Below, piece by piece: positions 56,256 through 64,000 of a stretch of 64,000 nt of DNA. This stretch comes from Planctomicrobium piriforme (GTDB lineage: Bacteria; Planctomycetota; Planctomycetia; Pirellulales; UBA1268), in NCBI GenBank assembly GCA_945861585.1, contig CAMAVC010000004.1, forward strand, positions 450 to 64,449, written 5' to 3'. Numbering within the stretch: position 1 is the stretch's first letter; every line of letters begins with the position of its first letter. The notes beneath the pieces are model-generated. The model worked only from the letters and a program-made list of their open reading frames with translations, had not been told where the DNA came from and ran no database searches. Position numbers and translations under genes: made by a program.

Positions 56256-56368
56256 ATCGCCGGACTGGTCGGGCGACGGCTCGGGGGCGGCAAAAGTCTT
56301 GTCGCGTGGGCCGCAGCGGCCCAATGCTCCTCGAGCGTTCGCCAACCCCCTCGCCTCCCAGTCGAGCC

Positions 56369-56782
56369 ATGGCTTACGACCTTCCCCCGATCGCCGTCGC
56401 CGTCGTGGTTCACGATGGCACAGTGCTCGTGGGCCTGCGGGCGGACGACGCGCCGGAGGAGCCGGGCCGCGCTGAGTTTCCTGGCGGTAAGGTCGAGCCG
56501 CACGAGTCGGCCGCAGAGGCGGCGGCGCGGGAATGCCTGGAAGAGACCGGCGTCGCCGTGCGGATGCTCAACCGTCCGTGCGTCTCCGTTCCCCAGCAGG
56601 CTCCCCTGCGCACGATCTTTTTTCACTGGGCAACGCCGCTCGACGCAACGGTGCCTCCGCGGCCACCATTCGAGTGGGTTCCGATCGATGCCCTATCGAC
56701 GCGGAGGTTTCCCGCAGCGAATGACACCGTGCTCGCGATGCTCCGCGCCGAGCATGCCGCTCCCGGTCACGGCGGGTCGTAG
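56369..56782 (+). CDS. NUDIX hydrolase (MutT-like)
   Basis: Nudix box GGKVEPHESAAEAAARECLEETGV. An alternative ATG at 56324 is possible. Confidence 0.8.
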   Translation: MAYDLPPIAVAVVVHDGTVLVGLRADDAPEEPGRAEFPGGKVEPHESAAEAAARECLEETGVAVRMLNRPCVSVPQQAPLRTIFFHWATPLDATVPPRPPFEWVPIDALSTRRFPAANDTVLAMLRAEHAAPGHGGS

Positions 56783-56997
56783 CCGCCCGGATGCCAAGGA
56801 TGGCAGCGGCCGATGCGGGCCAGGCCCTTCAAGCTGCCACGCACGGCGCCATACTTCTCCACGCACGTTCTGAAATAGCTGCTGCATGTCGGCGAAAAGC
56901 GGCAGTGGCGACCGAGCAGCGGACTGAGCGTGGCCTTGTAGACGATCACGAGGCCGATCAAGAGCGCCACGGCAACGCGGTCGCATGCCCGCCCCAT
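56767..56997 (-). CDS. yidD: Membrane protein insertion efficiency factor
   Basis: YKATLSPLLGRHCRFSPTCSSY ... RCHPWHPGGYDP. Confidence 0.85.
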   Translation of the reverse strand: MGRACDRVAVALLIGLVIVYKATLSPLLGRHCRFSPTCSSYFRTCVEKYGAVRGSLKGLARIGRCHPWHPGGYDPP

Positions 56998-57020
56998 CGC
57001 GCGGATCACGTGCCTCACGA

Positions 57021-57401
57021 TCAACCTCCCGCGAACCCGCGCCGGCTTGTGATCCGGCCGGCGAGCGATACGAGCGTTTCCTCGACGAGCTGCGCTCCGG
57101 CAGCGCCCGTCGGCACGCTGCGCGTTTTCACCACCACCACGTAGTCTGCCGGCGGCAGCCGGCTGCGGACCCTGCGAAATGCCTCGCGGAGCCCGCGCTT
57201 CCAGCGATTGCGCACCACGGCATTGCCGATCCGCCGCGACACCGACACACCCAGCCGCGCGACCGACGGTTCGCAGGCGCTCGGCGCCGCATGCAGCACG
57301 AGGCCATGCGCAGCGGCAGTCCAGCGGGCCGCGAACACGCGTTCGAAGTCGGCCGGTCGCCAGACGCGCACTCCCTTCGAAAAGCCCTCCGCGGCGGCCA
57401 T
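57021..57401 (-). CDS. rnpA: Ribonuclease P protein component
   Basis: SRRIGNAVVRNRWKRGLREAFR. Its ATG overlaps the upstream stop (TGATG). Confidence 0.85.
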   Translation of the reverse strand: MAAAEGFSKGVRVWRPADFERVFAARWTAAAHGLVLHAAPSACEPSVARLGVSVSRRIGNAVVRNRWKRGLREAFRRVRSRLPPADYVVVVKTRSVPTGAAGAQLVEETLVSLAGRITSRRGFAGG

Positions 57402-58360
57402 CACCAGCGGAGCTGCGAGCGGGGGCTGGTTGCCGTCGCCGCGGCGGCCTGCGCGGCGGCGAGGAGCGCCTCGCGGGCGGCGGCATCGGTCATGTCGGGG
57501 AGCACGATCTGCACTTCGGCGATCAGGTCGCCCTTCGCGCCGTTGGCATGCCGGACGCCCATCCCGGCAGCCCGGAGCTTGCGGCCGCCCGACGTGCCCG
57601 GCGGCACCTTGAGCGCGATCGTCCCCCAGGGCGTCGGCACGTCCACCTTCGCTCCCTCGATCGCCTCCGCGATGCTCACCGGCAGCGTGACTTCGAGCGT
57701 GTCGCCGCTGCGACGAAACAGCGGGTGCGGCTCCACGCGGACCTCGAGCAAGAGATCCCCCGCCGGACCGCCGCCCGTGCCGGGCAGGCCCTGGCCGCGC
57801 AGCCGCATGCGGGCCCCGTCGGGCAGCCCTTGGGGGATCGTGACGCTGATCGTTTCGGCCTTGCCACCGCGGTCGAGCCGCACGTCGGTCTTGCCGCCGT
57901 CGATCGCGAGCGTGAAGGGGATGTCGATCCGCGCGGTCACGTCCTCGCCGGCCGCCCGCGCCGCCCGCCGGCGGCCCCGCGACCGCGTGCCGCCCCCGCC
58001 GCCAAAAAAGTCGCCGAACCCGCCGCCGCCGAACAGACTTTCGAGGTCGATCTCGGCACCGCCGCCGCCGGGAGCGCCACCGCCCGGAAACGGTCCGCGG
58101 CCGCCTCCCCAGCCGCCACCGGGGCCACCCGCCCCGACGCCCTCGAACGAGCTGCCGTAGCGGTCGTACATCTCCCGCTTGCTCTGGTCGTTGAGCACGT
58201 CGAAGGCGGTCTGCACCTTCTTGAACTTCTCCTTCGCCGCGGCGTCGTCCGGGTGAAGGTCGGGGTGATACTTGCGGGCGAGCTCGCGATACGCCTTACG
58301 GATGTCCTCCGCCGAAGCGGTCCGCGGCACACCGAGCGTCTCGTAATGATCTTCCGCCAT
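57401..58360 (-). CDS. DnaJ-family co-chaperone without a zinc finger (CbpA-like)
   Basis: J domain DHYETLGVPRTASAEDIRKAYRELARKYHPD, a Gly-rich linker and a DnaJ C-terminal domain. No CxxCxGxG repeats. Confidence 0.85.
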   Translation of the reverse strand: MAEDHYETLGVPRTASAEDIRKAYRELARKYHPDLHPDDAAAKEKFKKVQTAFDVLNDQSKREMYDRYGSSFEGVGAGGPGGGWGGGRGPFPGGGAPGGGGAEIDLESLFGGGGFGDFFGGGGGTRSRGRRRAARAAGEDVTARIDIPFTLAIDGGKTDVRLDRGGKAETISVTIPQGLPDGARMRLRGQGLPGTGGGPAGDLLLEVRVEPHPLFRRSGDTLEVTLPVSIAEAIEGAKVDVPTPWGTIALKVPPGTSGGRKLRAAGMGVRHANGAKGDLIAEVQIVLPDMTDAAAREALLAAAQAAAATATSPRSQLRW

Positions 58361-58410
58361 GCCGGGCTTCCTCGAGGGGCTCTGATCCTAGAGGGTCGTC
58401 GGCCGGCGGT

Positions 58411-60579
<2,169 letters not shown>

Positions 60580-60679
60580 GAGGTGGGGCTGAAAGGAGGC
60601 GTGGTGGGACGGTCTCCGAAGTGTACCTTGTGAGACGCTGCAGCCGCAGGCCGGGCCCGGTTTTACACGCAAACCACAC

Positions 60680-61591
60680 ATGGCTGATCCATCCATCACG
60701 CCCCCCTGGGCACCCGGTACGCGCGGCTGGTGCACGGCCGTCGCCTGCGCACTCGAAGCCTCTGCCCCCAAGCCTGGCAATGTCCATCCAGGCGTCGACT
60801 ATCACGACCTCTCGTATGCCGAGCTCGTGGCGGCGGGCGCCGCAATCGCTCCCCATCTCGACGTCGCGCCGCACCGCCCGCTGGGGGCCACGATCCGCGC
60901 CGCGGTCGAGGCCTCACGGCAGGTGACTCGCTCGAACGCCAATCTCGGCATCGTGCTCGTCGTCGCGCCGCTGGCGGCGGTGCCCGATGGCACGCCGCTC
61001 ACGCCCGCGGCCGTGGCGCAGGTGCTCGCCGGGCTCGGGCCGGCTGATGCCCGCGACTGCTGGCAGGCAATCAGGGCGGCGCGGCCGGGAGGCATGGGCA
61101 CCCGCGACCGCTGGGACGTCGCCGGCGAACCGCCGGCAGACATGCTGGCGGCGATGCGGGCTGCCGCCCCCCACGATTCCGTCGCACGCCTGTGGGCGCA
61201 CGGCTACGGCCCCCTGTTCGGCGGCCTCGTGGCCGACCTCGAGCAGGAGCTGGCCGCGGGCCATGACCTGAGCGACGCGATCGTGCGCGGCTTTCTGCGG
61301 CAGGTGGCCCGCGAGCCTGACTCACTCATCGCCCGCAAGCACGGGCCTGCCGTCGCCGCGGCGGTTTCGGCCCGGGCCCGGGCCGTCATCGAAGACAGCG
61401 ACGACTGGCGCGAAGCCGCGCGACGGCTCGAGCAGAGTCTGCACACGGGCCGCGGCCTCACCGGCATCGTGCCGCCGGCGGACGGGATCGTGCCGGGCAC
61501 GATCAACCCCGGCACGACCGCCGATCTCGTGGCCGCCGCGCTCTACGTGCTGCTGGCGACCGGACGGCTGCCGATCGTCATGCCTCGATGA
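60680..61591 (+). CDS. Triphosphoribosyl-dephospho-CoA synthase (CitG/MdcB)-like protein, as found in H4MPT gene clusters
   Basis: EASAPKPGNVHPG resembles the CitG-family PKPG motif. Genomic context with mch and the ATP-grasp ORF. Confidence 0.7.
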   Translation: MADPSITPPWAPGTRGWCTAVACALEASAPKPGNVHPGVDYHDLSYAELVAAGAAIAPHLDVAPHRPLGATIRAAVEASRQVTRSNANLGIVLVVAPLAAVPDGTPLTPAAVAQVLAGLGPADARDCWQAIRAARPGGMGTRDRWDVAGEPPADMLAAMRAAAPHDSVARLWAHGYGPLFGGLVADLEQELAAGHDLSDAIVRGFLRQVAREPDSLIARKHGPAVAAAVSARARAVIEDSDDWREAARRLEQSLHTGRGLTGIVPPADGIVPGTINPGTTADLVAAALYVLLATGRLPIVMPR

Positions 61592-62249
61592 CGAGCAGCG
61601 TGCCCGCCGCTTCCAGAGCGAGCGACATCGCCCTGTCGCCGATGCGAATCCGCATCAACCCGGCGCCATCAGGATTTTTTTCCACCTCACCCGTGGTGCC
61701 GAGCGCGAGCCCGGCATCGGTGAGGTAGCGCAGAAAGCCCGGCGACTGGTCGAGCACACGCGCCAGCCGGAACTTCGATCCGGCCGAGCAGTCGGCCAGC
61801 GAGCGCATGGCGGGCTCGGCCGGTGCCTCCAGGGTTTCGCCGTCGCCACGTGGAATCGGATCACCGTGTGGATCGACGTCGGGATGGCCGAGATAGGCAT
61901 CGATCCGATCGACGAGCAGGTCGCTCACGGCATGCTCCATGTGCTCGGCCTCGTCGTGCACCTCGTCCCAGGTCATGTCGAGCGTGCGCAAGAGAAACAG
62001 TTCGAGCAGCCGATGCCGGCGGAGCATCCGGAGCGCGAGCACGCGACCGGCGGGAGTGAGCGCGACGCCCTCGTAGGGCCGGTGCGAGGCCAGCCGCGCC
62101 GCGTCGAGTGTCTTGAGCATGCTGGTCACGGTGCCGGGCGAGACACCGAGGGCCGTCGCGAGCTGGCCCGTCGTCGCGGCCTCGACCGCCTGGGCGGTCG
62201 TGATCTGATAGATCGTCTTCACGTAGTTTTCGACGGTCAGGCTCGGCAT
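61578..62249 (-). CDS. DtxR/MntR-family metal-dependent transcriptional regulator with a C-terminal FeoA/SH3-like domain
   Basis: ENYVKTIYQI..., HTH ATALGVSPGTVTSMLKTL, and metal-site region HRLLELFL...WDEVHDEAEHMEH. Confidence 0.9.
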   Translation of the reverse strand: MPSLTVENYVKTIYQITTAQAVEAATTGQLATALGVSPGTVTSMLKTLDAARLASHRPYEGVALTPAGRVLALRMLRRHRLLELFLLRTLDMTWDEVHDEAEHMEHAVSDLLVDRIDAYLGHPDVDPHGDPIPRGDGETLEAPAEPAMRSLADCSAGSKFRLARVLDQSPGFLRYLTDAGLALGTTGEVEKNPDGAGLMRIRIGDRAMSLALEAAGTLLVIEA

Positions 62250-62360
62250 GCTGCACCTCGTAGGCCCGACGGGCAGCCTGAAATCCGCAGGGATTGCCGG
62301 GGCTGTCGTCGCACAGCATTATGGCCTCGCCGGTCGGTCGGTCGACGGGAATTTCCTTGC

Positions 62361-63365
62361 ATGACAACGACGCTCAATGAATCGAGCCTGCTGATCGCCG
62401 AGCGCGCACTCGCCGCCGCCGACCAGCTTGCCATTCAGTCCAGAACGGTCGCCGGCACGCGGGTCATCGACTGCGGCGTCCATGCAACTGGCAGCGATGC
62501 CGCGGGGTTGATGCTGGCGGAAGTGGCCATGGCGGGCCGCGGCCGCGTCTGGCTCGAGCCTGCGGCTGCACCGCACGCATCGTTCGCCGCCGCATGGCCC
62601 GACTGCCCGTGGCCGGTGGTCGCCGTTGCGAGTGATGCACCGGTGGCAGCCTGCCTCGCGGCGCAATACGCCGGATGGAAGGTCGAATCGAGCGGCTTCT
62701 TCGCCATGGCGAGCGGCCCGATCCGGGCTGCGATCGGACGCGAGCCGCTGTTCGACACGATCGGCTGCCGCGAGCGGCCCGCCGTGGCCGTGGGCCTCCT
62801 CGAGACCGCGAAGCTGCCCCCCGCGGACGTGTGCCGCGATCTCGCCGCCGCGGCGGGGGTGGCCGCCGATGCGCTCCTGCTCCTCGTCGCCCGCACCGCG
62901 AGCCCGGCGGGCACGCTGCAGGTGATCGCGCGGTCGTTGGAAACCGCCCTCCACAAGCTCCACGACCTGCATTTCGACATGGCCCGCATTCAGCGTGGCA
63001 CGGGCCGGGCGCCGCTGGCCCCCGTGGCTGCTGGCGACCTCGCCGCGATCGGCCGCACGAACGACGCGATTCTCTATGGCGGCATCGTCACTCTGGAGGT
63101 GCGCGGCGACGACAAGAGCCTGGAGCACATCGGGCCGCAGGCAGTCAGCCGGGCCTCGCCGGCCTATGGAGAACCGTTTGCCCGCGTGTTTGCCAAGGCG
63201 GGCGGAGACTTCTACGCCATCGATCCGGCACTCTTCGCGCCGGCGGTCGTCGAGTTCGTGAATCTCGACACCGGCCGCCGGCACAGCTTCGGCGGCGTCG
63301 CGCCTGGCATCGTGGCGGCATCGTTCGCGCCGGCCGACGCCGCGGCCGCGACCGTAGGGCGGTGA
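62361..63365 (+). CDS. mch: Methenyltetrahydromethanopterin cyclohydrolase
   Basis: ACLAAQYAGW, FFAMASGPIRA, GRTNDAILYGG and GDFYAIDPALFAPA match the Mch family as I recall it. ATG at 62361 chosen. Confidence 0.9.
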   Translation: MTTTLNESSLLIAERALAAADQLAIQSRTVAGTRVIDCGVHATGSDAAGLMLAEVAMAGRGRVWLEPAAAPHASFAAAWPDCPWPVVAVASDAPVAACLAAQYAGWKVESSGFFAMASGPIRAAIGREPLFDTIGCRERPAVAVGLLETAKLPPADVCRDLAAAAGVAADALLLLVARTASPAGTLQVIARSLETALHKLHDLHFDMARIQRGTGRAPLAPVAAGDLAAIGRTNDAILYGGIVTLEVRGDDKSLEHIGPQAVSRASPAYGEPFARVFAKAGGDFYAIDPALFAPAVVEFVNLDTGRRHSFGGVAPGIVAASFAPADAAAATVGR

Positions 63366-63369
63366 GGCC

Positions 63370-64000
63370 ATGCGTGTGGCGGTGCTAGGCGCCGCGACGG
63401 GCTGGCATGTCCGCAGGCTTGCGGATGCACTGCATGCCGACGGCCACGCCGCCACAGTCGTGGGCTGGCATGATCTCGCGACGGACATCGGCCCGGCCGA
63501 ATACCATCGCCCCGAGGCCGTCGATCGCGCCCATGTGATCGTCGTCCGGGGCATGCCTGCCGGAACGCTCGAAGACGTCATCTTCCGCATGGACGTGCTC
63601 GGCCGGCTCGCCTGCCGCAGGCGGGTGGTCAACGCCCCGCGTGCCCTGGAGGTGGCGATCGACAAATACCTCACGCTGACCCGGCTGCACGACGCCGGCA
63701 TCCCGGTGCCGCGCACGATCGTCGCCCAGAGCGAGGCCGGCATCGCGGCGGCCTGGGCGGCGCTTGGAGAGGTGGCTGTGATGAAGCCACTGTTCGGTTC
63801 GCAGGGCCGCGGGATCGAACGGATTGCAGCGCGGCAAGACCTGGAACCTTGGCTCGAGGCAGCCCGTCGGGCCGAACCGCCCGGGTCCGTCTGCTATCTC
63901 CAGGAGTTCGTCGCCCACCCCGGCTGGGACGCACGGGTGCTCGTGGTCGGAGACGACACGTTCACCATGCGCCGGGTGTCGACGGGCGACTGGCGGATCA
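63370..64000 (+). CDS. ATP-grasp (RimK/MptN-like) ligase, 5' part (runs off the window)
   Basis: Not in the ORF track because it has no stop in the window. My translation is MRVAVLGAATGWHVRRL ... AIDKYLTLTRLHDAGIPVPRT ... VMKPLFGSQGRGI ... YLQEFV. Starts 4 nt after the mch stop. Confidence 0.75.
   Translation, partial: MRVAVLGAATGWHVRRLADALHADGHAATVVGWHDLATDIGPAEYHRPEAVDRAHVIVVRGMPAGTLEDVIFRMDVLGRLACRRRVVNAPRALEVAIDKYLTLTRLHDAGIPVPRTIVAQSEAGIAAAWAALGEVAVMKPLFGSQGRGIERIAARQDLEPWLEAARRAEPPGSVCYLQEFVAHPGWDARVLVVGDDTFTMRRVSTGDWRI

Overview
This 64-kb window looks like a densely packed core chromosomal segment of a very GC-rich Planctomycetota genome. That assignment is an inference from gene content: a DUF1559-type prepilin-like protein, PEP-CTERM proteins, PQQ-like beta-propellers, an FGE paralogue and H4MPT-type C1 genes. 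No homology search was run.

I support about 62 protein genes, one frameshifted gene remnant and one tRNA-Lys(CTT). Housekeeping genes include cysC, ygiQ, trpC, purH, smpB, thyX, moeA, trpG/pabA, fabI, yidD, rnpA, ppk and mch. Many neighbouring genes overlap by 1-4 nt at stop/start, which suggests translational coupling.

The signal not explained by genes is a modular, strongly palindromic repeat family at nine intergenic loci, about 2.8 kb in total. Every locus abuts at least one gene 3' end, and no transposase is present in the window. One 18-nt hairpin module carries the TAG stop codon of four different genes. A mutated copy lets moeA read on into repeat DNA.

Other items worth a second look:
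- a secreted protein with about 48 cysteines, built from 33-nt tandem repeats
- a translationally coupled pair of large dynamin-like GTPases placed divergently from an MscS channel gene
- a five-gene operon in which every product has a signal peptide
- a predicted GT2/GT-C glycosyltransferase fusion
- a ferredoxin/P-II gene couple
- an H4MPT-related cluster (CitG-like, mch, ATP-grasp) interrupted by a DtxR-family regulator

Start codons were chosen by eye from signal peptides, Shine-Dalgarno-like motifs and family N-termini. Functions rest on motifs I recognise in the translations, so they need confirmation by database search.
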